Assembly: GCA_020057555.1 (NCBI GenBank)
Contig: JAGVFR010000001.1
Location: 3,062 to 67,061, forward strand
DNA length: 64,000 nucleotides
Reading direction: 5' to 3'
DNA from: a bacterium
Lineage (GTDB): Bacteria; Patescibacteriota; Patescibacteriia; UBA9934; GWF2-40-263
In this document: positions 19,612 to 28,831 of the stretch, piece by piece
How positions within the stretch are numbered: the stretch's first letter is position 1
Layout of the letters: the number at the start of each line of letters is the position of its first letter
The notes under the pieces: model-generated
What the model saw: the letters and a program-made list of their open reading frames with translations, nothing else
Told to the model about the DNA's origin: nothing
Database searches by the model: none
Position numbers and translations under genes: made by a program

Positions 19612-19612
19612 T

Positions 19613-19966
19613 ATGCGTCATCGTAAGGTAAAGAAACAAATTGGACGTTCAGCAACAGCAACAAACGCAATGATGAGAAGTCTTGCCGCAAGTCTTGTAT
19701 TACATGAGAAGATTAAGACAACTGAAGCAAAAGCAAAAATGGTTCGTCCACTTGTTGAAAAGGCGATCACGTCTGGAAAAAAACCAACCCTTGCAACACG
19801 ACGCAAACTCATGACATTTTTTTACACAGAACATCCTGTTAAGAAAATACTGGAAGTTTTAAGTCCTCGTTATGCAACACGTCCTGGAGGATACACTCGG
19901 ATCACCAAAATCGGTCATCGTCCTTCTGACGGCGCTGACATGGTTCAAATAGAATTCGTTAAATAA
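19613..19966 (+). CDS. rplQ: 50S ribosomal protein L17
   Basis: MRHRK, IKTTEAKAK, RPGGYTRITK. Confidence 0.98.
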   Translation: MRHRKVKKQIGRSATATNAMMRSLAASLVLHEKIKTTEAKAKMVRPLVEKAITSGKKPTLATRRKLMTFFYTEHPVKKILEVLSPRYATRPGGYTRITKIGHRPSDGADMVQIEFVK

Positions 19967-19967
19967 T

Positions 19968-20327
19968 ATGCGAGAAGAACAACGCGACATACAAACAATA
20001 GACGCTGAAGGACAAACACTTGGACGATTAGCATCACACATCGCCACTATTCTGATTGGAAAAGATAAACCAGCGTTTGAGCCGAATCGTGATTTGGGCG
20101 ATCATGTTCAAGTTGTGAACGCGTCCAAGATTGTTTTTTCTGGAAATAAAATGGATCAAAAAGTTTATTGGCATCACACAACATTCGGTCAAGGTCTTCG
20201 CATGATTGGACTCAAAGCTTTGTGGAGTAAAGATCCATCCGATGTTCTACGACGCGCGGTTTCAAGAATGCTTCCTAAAAATAAACATCGAACCGAGCGC
20301 ATGAAGCGTCTTGTTGTAAAGAATTAG
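19968..20327 (+). CDS. rplM: 50S ribosomal protein L13 (short, 119 aa)
   Basis: IDAEGQTLGRLAS, GDHVQVVNA, AVSRMLPKN. Confidence 0.95.
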   Translation: MREEQRDIQTIDAEGQTLGRLASHIATILIGKDKPAFEPNRDLGDHVQVVNASKIVFSGNKMDQKVYWHHTTFGQGLRMIGLKALWSKDPSDVLRRAVSRMLPKNKHRTERMKRLVVKN

Positions 20328-20328
20328 T

Positions 20329-20733
20329 ATGACTGAAACTCCAAAACAATATATTGAAGCAGTTGGACGACGTAAAGCCGCGATCGCCCGCGTTCGACTT
20401 GTAAACGGTGGAACAGGAGCATTTTTGATCAATGAACGATCGCTCGAAGTTTATCTTCCTGTTGCGCTCCTGCGCCAGTCAGTGCTTTCGCCATTTAAGC
20501 AAACTGGAACAGAAAACATGTTTGATGTTTCCGTGAAAGTTGTTGGTGGTGGAATTCATGGACAAGCAGACAGTATTCGATTGGGAATTGCTCGCGCGCT
20601 GGTTGACTTTAATCCTGAATTTCGAGCAGTGTTGAAGAAGTCGAGTTTCCTAAGCCGAGACGCGCGTATTCGTGAACGAAAGAAGTTCGGAAAGAAATCA
20701 GCTCGTCGATCTCCACAGTGGTCAAAACGTTAA
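20329..20733 (+). CDS. rpsI: 30S ribosomal protein S9
   Basis: GRRKAAIARV, GGGIHGQA, ERKKFG..ARRSPQWSKR. Confidence 0.98.
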   Translation: MTETPKQYIEAVGRRKAAIARVRLVNGGTGAFLINERSLEVYLPVALLRQSVLSPFKQTGTENMFDVSVKVVGGGIHGQADSIRLGIARALVDFNPEFRAVLKKSSFLSRDARIRERKKFGKKSARRSPQWSKR

Positions 20734-20739
20734 AAAAAG

Positions 20740-20762
20740 AACAGAGGGAAACCTCTGTTTTT
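20740..20762 (+). terminator. Intrinsic terminator of ribosomal protein operon
   Basis: AACAGAGG-GAAA-CCTCTGTT followed by TTT. Confidence 0.88.
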
Positions 20763-20836
20763 AGTTTTGACAAGCAAAGTTTAACGTGCTTAACTCATAT
20801 TGTTTTCGGCAAATGCTTTTACGATCGGAGAACACC

Positions 20837-21667
20837 ATGGCAGAGAGAAAGTATGTTCCTGTTCATGTGTCTCTTGGGGACGCCTTAAAAGGCCCCATGC
20901 TTCGTCGAGAACTCAATTTGGGCACAACTGATCTACCAGAGGGCATCGATTTCGTTCGCTTGCCTGATTTAGGCATAATTCCAGCGGTCGTTGGATTACG
21001 AACAGAGCTTGATGTTCGCGCTGATGAGATATTCGAACCTCAAGACAAGTGGAGGGTCGTTGTTTCTCCGAACGATAGCCAACTTCTCAAGCGACTCTTG
21101 GGAAGAGAAAAGGGTGAGCTAAAGAGGGAAGGCTTTGGCGTTCGATACGACCTTGTTGACGCGCTCCGCGTTGCTCATGTGCGTTTATCGTACCTTGCAC
21201 CACCGAGCCAAACAATAATTCAGATCTGTTTCGCGTTCTTGCGAGATGGAAAACCAGTTGTTGAATGGAAGGCTTCATCAATTGGTCATCTCATTCGTGA
21301 AAGAAATCGTGTACTGCTCGAAAACGAAGTTATTCGTGCTGGGAATATGTTCGGTCATTGGAAGTTTCTTTGGTGGCAGATTGGCAAACCAGAACTTCCA
21401 GTTCCAAGCGTTCCAGACACTGACGAGTGGCTGAATGACTATCACGTGGACGTCGAGAATATTGTTCGAACGAATTTCGTACCAGTTCTTCAGAGCCTCT
21501 GGCGTGCTGAATTTGCCGAAGGCACACAAGCAACTCAACTAAGTCGCGCAGGCTACAAGCTTGAAGCTATTGGCCGAACACAAATCGGCGCAGGATCTCT
21601 AAGTGAGCTTGTGAAAGAACGACGCGCAAGACTTACTTCTCTCACTTTTCTTGGTGATGATGGCTGA
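20837..21667 (+). CDS. Hypothetical protein (no family recognised)
   Basis: 276 aa from ATG 20837 preceded by GGAG at 6 nt; TTGACA at 20767; own terminator. Confidence 0.75.
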   Translation: MAERKYVPVHVSLGDALKGPMLRRELNLGTTDLPEGIDFVRLPDLGIIPAVVGLRTELDVRADEIFEPQDKWRVVVSPNDSQLLKRLLGREKGELKREGFGVRYDLVDALRVAHVRLSYLAPPSQTIIQICFAFLRDGKPVVEWKASSIGHLIRERNRVLLENEVIRAGNMFGHWKFLWWQIGKPELPVPSVPDTDEWLNDYHVDVENIVRTNFVPVLQSLWRAEFAEGTQATQLSRAGYKLEAIGRTQIGAGSLSELVKERRARLTSLTFLGDDG

Positions 21668-21678
21668 CGACAAGTCTG

Positions 21679-21706
21679 ATGGCGTAATAATATACGCCAT
21701 TTTTTT
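21679..21706 (+). terminator. Intrinsic terminator
   Basis: ATGGCGTA-ATAATA-TACGCCAT followed by T run. Confidence 0.85.
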
Positions 21707-21751
21707 ATTTAACTAGAGCTTCACAAAAACGGTCTTTTACCGTAAGATTTC

Positions 21752-23185
21752 ATGCATGTGGCAAGTCGTTTAGCTAAAAATACGCTGTTTCTAACAGTTG
21801 CTTCTGTTGGTCAAAAGACGATTGCGTTTGTGTATTTTTTGTTTCTCGCAAGAATAATGATGCCTGAACAAACAGGCGTATATTTTCTGGCTGTTTCTAT
21901 CTCAATGATTTTTTCTGTGATTGCTGATTTCGGAATTACTCCAGTTATCATTCGTGAAATCGCAAAACATCCCGAAGATACTCATAAACTTTTCCAACGA
22001 ACTTTAACTGTAAAATTTCCATTGTTGTTGATTGGATATTTAATTGCTGTTAGCGCAACTGCTTTGATGGGATATGAAATTCAGATTTTATCGCTTGTAT
22101 TTTTTACAGGACTTGTTTTAGTTCTTGATTCGATTCATTTATTTTTTTATGGAGTGTTAAGAGGGCATCATATTTTATCTATTGAATCAATCGGAATGTT
22201 TTCAGGGCAACTAATAACTGCAATTGTAGGAGCTATGGTGCTTTGGTTACATCCATCACTACAACTTCTTGTGCTAGCTCTTCTTGCTGGCAGTTTGACG
22301 AATGTTATTCTTTCAACCTCAATGTTAGTTAGAAGGTTTGGTGTTAAATTATTTTCACCAGTTTTGGATTGGTCATTCGTACGATTTTTACTCAAAGCCG
22401 CATTGCCATTTGCACTCGCGGCAATTTTTGTGAAAGTTTATTCTTACATCGACACTGTGTTCATTTCGAAATTCATGGATGCTACTTCGGTTGGTCTTTA
22501 TGGTCTTGCGTATAAATTCACTTACGCGTTTCAATTTTTACCGCTTGCATTCATTGCCGCATTGTATCCGAATCTGAGTTCACTAATTAATTCTGATAGT
22601 GAAAATCTCAGTAAAACGTTTCATCGTTCAATGTGGTACATGCTGATTTTATCAACACCAATTGTTTGTGGGCTGTGGTTAATTGCACCAAACGTTGTTT
22701 TGCTTGCAGGTGATTCTTACAGTGCATCAGCACCAATTCTTTCTGTTTTGATATTTGTTTTGTTTCCAATTTTTTTAGATTTTCCAATTGGTTCATTGTT
22801 AAATGCCGCAAACAAACAGTCTACAAAAACAGCAATCATGGGAATTACAATGGTCATCAACATTATTTTGAATGCATTGTTTATTCCATCCTTTGGAATC
22901 ATTGGCGCGGCTTATGCTGCGTTGATTAGTTTTTCACTTATGTTTTTGATGGGACTTTATTTTGTTCCAAAAGTTATTTCGTCATTCAAATTTTTACCAT
23001 TATTTAGAAATGCAGTTTTAATTGTTGGTTCAGGAATTGTAATGGTTGTGGTAGGAAAGTTGCTTATAACTCAAATCGGATGGCTGGCCGTGGTTCCTGT
23101 TTGTACGATTGTTTATATTTTTTGTTTGTTTGTCACTAGAATGATAACTCGCAATGATTTCAAAACACTTCGAGCAAGTATATGA
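21752..23185 (+). CDS. Wzx-type polysaccharide flippase (MOP superfamily)
   Basis: LAKNT, ADFGI...REIA, YIDTVFIS, VGLYGLAY, LNALFIPSFGIIGAA; many TM helices. Confidence 0.9.
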   Translation: MHVASRLAKNTLFLTVASVGQKTIAFVYFLFLARIMMPEQTGVYFLAVSISMIFSVIADFGITPVIIREIAKHPEDTHKLFQRTLTVKFPLLLIGYLIAVSATALMGYEIQILSLVFFTGLVLVLDSIHLFFYGVLRGHHILSIESIGMFSGQLITAIVGAMVLWLHPSLQLLVLALLAGSLTNVILSTSMLVRRFGVKLFSPVLDWSFVRFLLKAALPFALAAIFVKVYSYIDTVFISKFMDATSVGLYGLAYKFTYAFQFLPLAFIAALYPNLSSLINSDSENLSKTFHRSMWYMLILSTPIVCGLWLIAPNVVLLAGDSYSASAPILSVLIFVLFPIFLDFPIGSLLNAANKQSTKTAIMGITMVINIILNALFIPSFGIIGAAYAALISFSLMFLMGLYFVPKVISSFKFLPLFRNAVLIVGSGIVMVVVGKLLITQIGWLAVVPVCTIVYIFCLFVTRMITRNDFKTLRASI

Positions 23186-24267
23186 GCAACAATAGGCTAT
23201 TGCTATTAACACCGGATTTTCCACCGAACAACGGTGGTGTTGCCAGATATTTATCAAAACTGGCTTCATATTTTTCTTCACGCATTCTTGTTATTTCTTC
23301 AGTAAAAAATTCAGCGCAAACAATTCCGTTTCCAGTTCTTGAGCAACAACTCCTGAATCCTTTTTTTTGGCCGAAGTGGATTGAAACAGTTAAACTTCTT
23401 TTTACGTTTCGACAATCTTACGATATCGCGCTAACAAGTCATGTTTTACCATTTGGCACTGCGGCATTTTTTTCTTTTTTGTTTACTAAAAAGCCCTACA
23501 TTGTTTTTGTTCATGGAATGGATGTGCGACTTGCGTGTTCAAACTTTAGAAAAAAACATATTGCAAAAATTGTTTTCAAACACGCGCGAGTTGTTGTTGC
23601 AAATTCGCGATCGCTTGCGCAGGAAGTTTCAGATAAGTTTGGAGTCTCTCTGCCACTTGTTGTGTATCCATGTATTGAGAGTAAAGCAGGAAAGACAGCA
23701 GATTGGAAGCAGGAAAGACGGCAAATCCGATATTTAACAGTAAGTCGTCTTGTCGAGCGCAAAGGTCATATCAAAGTATTGATGGCGCTTGCTGAACTTA
23801 AACAATCCAAATCAATTCCAAATTTTCAATATGACATTGTTGGTGAAGGACCCATGTTGCAGTCGCTAAAAGATCTTGCAGAACAACTTCATTTGGATGA
23901 GGTTGTGTTTCATGGCTCAGTAGACGACAATTTATTGGAAAAGTTTTATATGAATGCGGATATATTTTTAATGCCAGTTATTGATGATCTAAAAGATAAG
24001 GAAGGTTTTGGTTTTGTTTTCATTGAAGCCGCAAATTATGAAGTTCCATCAATAAGCACTCAAGTTAGTGGTGTTGACGAAGCTATAATCGATAATCAAA
24101 CAGGGCTTTTGGCTAAACCAAACGATCACGCAGACTTATGTCGTTCAATTGCTGTTCTTTCAAATACAATTGAAATGCGATTACGATTTGGTAAACAAGC
24201 CAAAAAAAATGTTGAACAAAATTTCACATGTGCACAACAATTTGCAAAACTTGAGCCATATTTATGA
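23182..24267 (+). CDS. Glycosyltransferase family 4
   Basis: DFPP..GGVARY, VHGMD, SRLVERKG, EGFGFVFIEA. Confidence 0.93.
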   Translation: MSNNRLLLLTPDFPPNNGGVARYLSKLASYFSSRILVISSVKNSAQTIPFPVLEQQLLNPFFWPKWIETVKLLFTFRQSYDIALTSHVLPFGTAAFFSFLFTKKPYIVFVHGMDVRLACSNFRKKHIAKIVFKHARVVVANSRSLAQEVSDKFGVSLPLVVYPCIESKAGKTADWKQERRQIRYLTVSRLVERKGHIKVLMALAELKQSKSIPNFQYDIVGEGPMLQSLKDLAEQLHLDEVVFHGSVDDNLLEKFYMNADIFLMPVIDDLKDKEGFGFVFIEAANYEVPSISTQVSGVDEAIIDNQTGLLAKPNDHADLCRSIAVLSNTIEMRLRFGKQAKKNVEQNFTCAQQFAKLEPYL

Positions 24268-24968
24268 GCGAGATTTCAGTAATTATTCCAACTTATCAAC
24301 ATGGAAAAACAGTAGAAAATTGTATTGATTCTTTGTTGATGCAAACTATTCCTCCAAAGGAAATTATTGTTATTGATGATGGATCATCAGATGATACAAA
24401 ACATCGCTTAGATAAATTTGGAGTAAAAATCAAATATGTTTTTCAAGAAAATCAAGGCGCTCCTCAAGCAAGAAACAATGGCGCCAAACTTGCAACTGGT
24501 AAATATCTACTTTTTTGTGATGCAGATATTGTTGCAAAGCCAAACATGTTTGAGGAAATGATTTCGGTTTTGAGGACACATCCAAAAGTTTCTTATGTTT
24601 ACTGCGGATTTCTTTGGGACAACAAGAAATTTTCAGCTCAAGGTTTTGATGCAAATAAACTTCGAAAATCGAATTACATCCACACTACTTCACTTATTCG
24701 AAAAGATGATTTTCCTGGGTTTGATCCAAAAATCAAGCGCTTGCAAGATTGGGATTTGTGGTTAACAATGCTTGAGAATAACAAGATTGGAATGGCGATC
24801 GAGAAAATTTTGTTTTCCGTCACAAACGTTAGTGGAAGAAACAATATTTCAAAATGGATGCCTTCTTTTTTATACCTAATTCCTTGGAACATGTTTGGCT
24901 GGGCACCAAAATCAATAAAAGAATACAAGCTTGCAGAAACAGTGATAAAATCAAAACACGGAATATGA
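24264..24968 (+). CDS. Glycosyltransferase family 2
   Basis: SVIIPTY, DDGSSD, ARNNG, FCDAD, QDWDLW. Confidence 0.93.
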   Translation: MSEISVIIPTYQHGKTVENCIDSLLMQTIPPKEIIVIDDGSSDDTKHRLDKFGVKIKYVFQENQGAPQARNNGAKLATGKYLLFCDADIVAKPNMFEEMISVLRTHPKVSYVYCGFLWDNKKFSAQGFDANKLRKSNYIHTTSLIRKDDFPGFDPKIKRLQDWDLWLTMLENNKIGMAIEKILFSVTNVSGRNNISKWMPSFLYLIPWNMFGWAPKSIKEYKLAETVIKSKHGI

Positions 24969-25810
24969 TTTCCACAATTACTGTAAATTACAAAACATCG
25001 GATTATCTCGAAAGAATGTTGGAAAGTTTTTTTGTATTTCATAAACCTAATGAAGTCGAAGTAATTGTTGTTGAAAATAATTCCGGTGATGATCTCTCAA
25101 AGATCGCAGCACGTTTTCCAAATGTTCGAATTATTTATAGCAATGTTAATCTTGGTTTTGCAGGAGGATGTAATTTAGGAATTAAATCAGCACATGGCGA
25201 TTACATTGTTTTAATAAATCCTGACATCATTTTCACACAAGATTCTCTTTATAAAATAAGAGATGCAATGGAAAAAGAAACTGACATCGGTATCGGAGGA
25301 GTTTCGTTGAAAAATTTTGATGGTTCACAACAAAAATGTGTATGGCATTTTCCAACACCAACTGATCAACTTGCTCTTTTGTTTAAGGTTCATCATTTGA
25401 TCCCATCGTTTCAACCGGTTTCAAAATGGAGAATGGATGATTTTGATTACTCAAAAGATGCTGATGTAGATCAGGTTATGGGTGCGTTTTTTTGCATAAG
25501 AAGGTCTCTGATCGATCGAATTGGCCTTTTGGATGATGATTTTTTCATGTGGTATGAAGAAGTTGATTATTGCAAACGTGCAAAAGACGCTGGATTTCGT
25601 GTTCACTATTTTTCACGTATCGAAGCTAAACACAAAAAGGGAAGTAGTTTTGATCGAGTCGGAACACTGAAAAAACAAAATATGTTTCGAAGAAGCGTCC
25701 GAAGATACATGAAAAAACATTTTGGATTTGTAATTGGTTCATTCTTTATCTTGCTGGAGCCAGTTTTTTGGTTGTTAAGCGTGATTGCTTCTGTATTAAA
25801 ACCAATGTAA
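24965..25810 (+). CDS. Glycosyltransferase family 2 (rhamnosyltransferase-like)
   Basis: Start moved to ATG 24965 (overlaps upstream TGA); VNY, NLGFAGGCNLG, INPD, FFMWYEEVDYC. Confidence 0.92.
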   Translation: MISTITVNYKTSDYLERMLESFFVFHKPNEVEVIVVENNSGDDLSKIAARFPNVRIIYSNVNLGFAGGCNLGIKSAHGDYIVLINPDIIFTQDSLYKIRDAMEKETDIGIGGVSLKNFDGSQQKCVWHFPTPTDQLALLFKVHHLIPSFQPVSKWRMDDFDYSKDADVDQVMGAFFCIRRSLIDRIGLLDDDFFMWYEEVDYCKRAKDAGFRVHYFSRIEAKHKKGSSFDRVGTLKKQNMFRRSVRRYMKKHFGFVIGSFFILLEPVFWLLSVIASVLKPM

Positions 25811-25820
25811 TACGAAAAAT

Positions 25821-25933
25821 TTTAAGTCGGATGGATAGCTGTGTTTCCGGGCCAGCGGACTCTTCGCCGCTGGTGTTGTCCGGTCTGGCTTTCAGCCAGA
25901 CATCGTCCAACACGGCTAACCATCCGACTTAAA
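25821..25933. repeat. Structured intergenic element, copy A
   Basis: 25-bp outer inverted repeat (2 differences) enclosing CCAGCGG-ACTCTTCG-CCGCTGG and GTCTGGCT-TTC-AGCCAGAC hairpins; core shared with copies B-D. Confidence 0.9.
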
Positions 25934-25941
25934 CGAATTGT

Positions 25942-27489
25942 ATGATTGATCAATTTTTTTGCAAAACATTTTATTTGTCACTTTGTGCCTTGTTTGTTTT
26001 ATTTTTGATTTCGTTGTTTTCATATTTTTTTAGTGGCTCATTGTTTTTCATGATCGCGATAGCTTTAATCACGATTTCTGTTTGCGCGTATAATCCAACT
26101 TTTGGACTTCTCGGAGTTTTTCTTGAATTATTTTCAAGTCCGCACGGTCATCTTATCTCAACTGAATTGTTTTCATTTGATGTCTCATTAAGAATGACAG
26201 TCTTTATAGGATTTTTTATTGGATATATTTTTTTCTTACTAAGAACAAAACAAAAACTTTCAATTTCATCAAAGAATTATTTTCCATTTTTGATTTTAGC
26301 AGTTGCAATTGCAATCGGTTTCATATTTGGCTTTCTCTCAAACCATGCAGTGAATGTTTTTAAAGATGGAAATGCATATTTTTACCTGCTGTACGTTTTT
26401 CCAATTCTTTCAATCAATTGGGATTCAAAGGCGAAAAGACAAATTCTTCAAGTTTTTACAGCTGGAGCTGTGTGGAATATTTTGCTTTCATTTTTGATTC
26501 TTTATTTTTTCACGCACGTTTCTGAACCGTTAATAAAAGTAAGCTATATCTTTTTAAGAGATATTCGATTGGCTGAAATAACTAATCTCGGCGGATCGCT
26601 TTATCGTGTTTTTATTCAAACTCAATTTTTTTCATTGGTGTTTGGAGCCTTCATCCTTGCATTAATTCCTAAAATTCAATCAAGACGCGAAACGATTCAA
26701 GCAACGGTTTTATTGAGTGCAGTGTTTGCAACTCTAATTTTAAGTTTATCAAGAAGTTTTTGGATTGGAATAATATTTGCACTTTTTGTTCTTGTATTTT
26801 TTCTGTATCGGTATTACAAAAAGGAGATAAGACTGAAATCTTATCTAATTTGTCTTTTGAGTTCTGTTGTTTTATCAGTGTTACTTATTGTGACTATAGT
26901 TTTGTTTCCATTTCCGACTCAACGCGTAGGAGGAAGCGATTTATCTGATTTGTTTGTAAAACGTTTTACTCAAAATGATGATGTGGCAATCTCTAGTCGA
27001 TGGAAATTACTTGATCCAATGTTACAAACAATCTCAATAAATCCAGTAATTGGAAATGGTTTTGGAAAAGAAGTTACTTTTGAAACAGATGATCCAAGAG
27101 CTAGAGATATTCGTTCTGATGGAAAGTGGTCAACTTATGCAATGGAATGGGGGTGGATGGAATTGTGGCTTAAAATGGGTATTCTCGGGCCTGTTGGTTT
27201 TTTGTTTTTGTTCGTATACATAAATAAGCGCCTGATGACGCTTATGAAATCTGAACACTCTTGGATTTCAATTGGATTGATTTGCGGTTTGTTTTTTCTT
27301 TTTGCAACTCACATATTTTCCCCGTATCTCAATCATCCGATTGGCCTAGGATTCATTCTTTTTACAATCATTTTCATTCCAAAGGAATCCGAATCTTTTG
27401 CTATTCAAAAATCTTTCCAATCCAATCCTTCCGTCCAGCAAGAAATGCCTTTGCCTGCATCGGCGCTTTCCCTTCGGGCTGAAGAGTGA
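25942..27489 (+). CDS. O-antigen ligase/polymerase (Wzy_C/WaaL-like) membrane protein
   Basis: Many TM helices; LSLSRSFWIG, SRW...NPVIGNGFG, ELWLKMGILG. Confidence 0.85.
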   Translation: MIDQFFCKTFYLSLCALFVLFLISLFSYFFSGSLFFMIAIALITISVCAYNPTFGLLGVFLELFSSPHGHLISTELFSFDVSLRMTVFIGFFIGYIFFLLRTKQKLSISSKNYFPFLILAVAIAIGFIFGFLSNHAVNVFKDGNAYFYLLYVFPILSINWDSKAKRQILQVFTAGAVWNILLSFLILYFFTHVSEPLIKVSYIFLRDIRLAEITNLGGSLYRVFIQTQFFSLVFGAFILALIPKIQSRRETIQATVLLSAVFATLILSLSRSFWIGIIFALFVLVFFLYRYYKKEIRLKSYLICLLSSVVLSVLLIVTIVLFPFPTQRVGGSDLSDLFVKRFTQNDDVAISSRWKLLDPMLQTISINPVIGNGFGKEVTFETDDPRARDIRSDGKWSTYAMEWGWMELWLKMGILGPVGFLFLFVYINKRLMTLMKSEHSWISIGLICGLFFLFATHIFSPYLNHPIGLGFILFTIIFIPKESESFAIQKSFQSNPSVQQEMPLPASALSLRAEE

Positions 27490-28342
27490 TGAGTTCCAGA
27501 GCTTCAGAATTAACCGCAACTATAATTTTCTCTTGATTTTCACACAAAGTTCCGTTTGGTTTATTTAAATTCGTTTGTGTAACTTTGGCTTCCAAGATCT
27601 TTACTCTTACTCGCTCGTCATTTATTTTAATTGTTGTCCAAGCTGTTGGCCATGGAACAAAAGCGCGAATCATTCTTTCAATACTTTTTGCATCAGAATT
27701 CCAATTTATCAAACCATCTTTTTTTGACAGTAATCGCGACACACTTGCTTCTTGATTATTTTGATCTGAAGGCATGCAATTTTCGTTTACGTACGATCGC
27801 AAAACATCACACAAAAATTTTGGTCCAATTGAATGGATTTTCAATTCTAGCGAAATCGTAGTTTCGTTTTCTGATAGCTCAAGAGTTTTTTGAGCAAGAA
27901 TTGGACCTGTGTCCATTCCTTCATCGAGAAGCATAATTGAAATTCCTGTTTTTTTATCTCCATTCAAAATTGCTGACTGCATTGGTGAAGGGCCTCTGTA
28001 TTTTGGTAAAAGTGAAGGATGAACATTCACAACACCTTTTGGTGGGATGTTTAAGATTGAACTTGGAATTAACTTCCCATATGCAACAACAACAAAAATA
28101 TCAGAGTGAAATGATGATAGTGTTTCAACTGCTTCAGTTTTTTTTAGACTTTGAAATTGCATGACAGGAATGTTTTTTTGTTCAGCAAAAATCTTAACTT
28201 CAGGTGATGTAATTTTTCCACCACGACCAGATGGCTTATCAGGTTGCGTAACAACACAAGCAACATTAAAATCACTCTCATTAGTGAGAGCTTCAAAAAA
28301 AGGAACAGCGAACGCAGGTGTGCCAAAGAAAACAATTTTCAT
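27401..28342 (-). CDS. fmt: Methionyl-tRNA formyltransferase
   Basis: FFGTPAFA, VVTQPDKPSGRG, NVHPSLLPKYRGPSP. Confidence 0.97.
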   Translation of the reverse strand: MKIVFFGTPAFAVPFFEALTNESDFNVACVVTQPDKPSGRGGKITSPEVKIFAEQKNIPVMQFQSLKKTEAVETLSSFHSDIFVVVAYGKLIPSSILNIPPKGVVNVHPSLLPKYRGPSPMQSAILNGDKKTGISIMLLDEGMDTGPILAQKTLELSENETTISLELKIHSIGPKFLCDVLRSYVNENCMPSDQNNQEASVSRLLSKKDGLINWNSDAKSIERMIRAFVPWPTAWTTIKINDERVRVKILEAKVTQTNLNKPNGTLCENQEKIIVAVNSEALELITLQPEGKAPMQAKAFLAGRKDWIGKIFE

Positions 28343-28344
28343 GT

Positions 28345-28827
28345 TTAGATATTTTTATGATCCGTAAATCTTATAGTCTTATCTATGAAAAGAATTCCAT
28401 TTAAATGATCAATCTCATGTTGAAACACAATAGCAGGGAAACCCTTCAACTTAATAGAAACTTGTTGCGCATTCTCATCATAAGCTTGGACAATTACTCC
28501 TCTATATCTTCGCACGATTCCATACACACCCGGAACTGACAAACAACCTTCTTCACGTTCAATTTTTCTAAGCGAGTGTTTGACAACTTTTGGATTGAAA
28601 AATGCTTTTGGACCTGACTCGGTCTCGATAATAATAATTTGTTTTTGAACACCAATTTGAGGAGCTGCAATTCCAACCCCGTTTTCTTCATTCATTGTTT
28701 CCTTCAAGTCCTCAATCAGTTCTAGTGTTGACTCGCTATTTATTTCATCAACTTCAACAATTTGCGAAACTTTTCGCAATTCCTTGTTTGGATGTGTGAG
28801 AACTTGAATTATCATATGGAATAACAT
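28345..28827 (-). CDS. def: Peptide deformylase
   Basis: GVGIAAPQIG, EGCLS, QHEIDHLNG; start may be 28815. Confidence 0.97.
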   Translation of the reverse strand: MLFHMIIQVLTHPNKELRKVSQIVEVDEINSESTLELIEDLKETMNEENGVGIAAPQIGVQKQIIIIETESGPKAFFNPKVVKHSLRKIEREEGCLSVPGVYGIVRRYRGVIVQAYDENAQQVSIKLKGFPAIVFQHEIDHLNGILFIDKTIRFTDHKNI

Positions 28828-28831
28828 TCTG

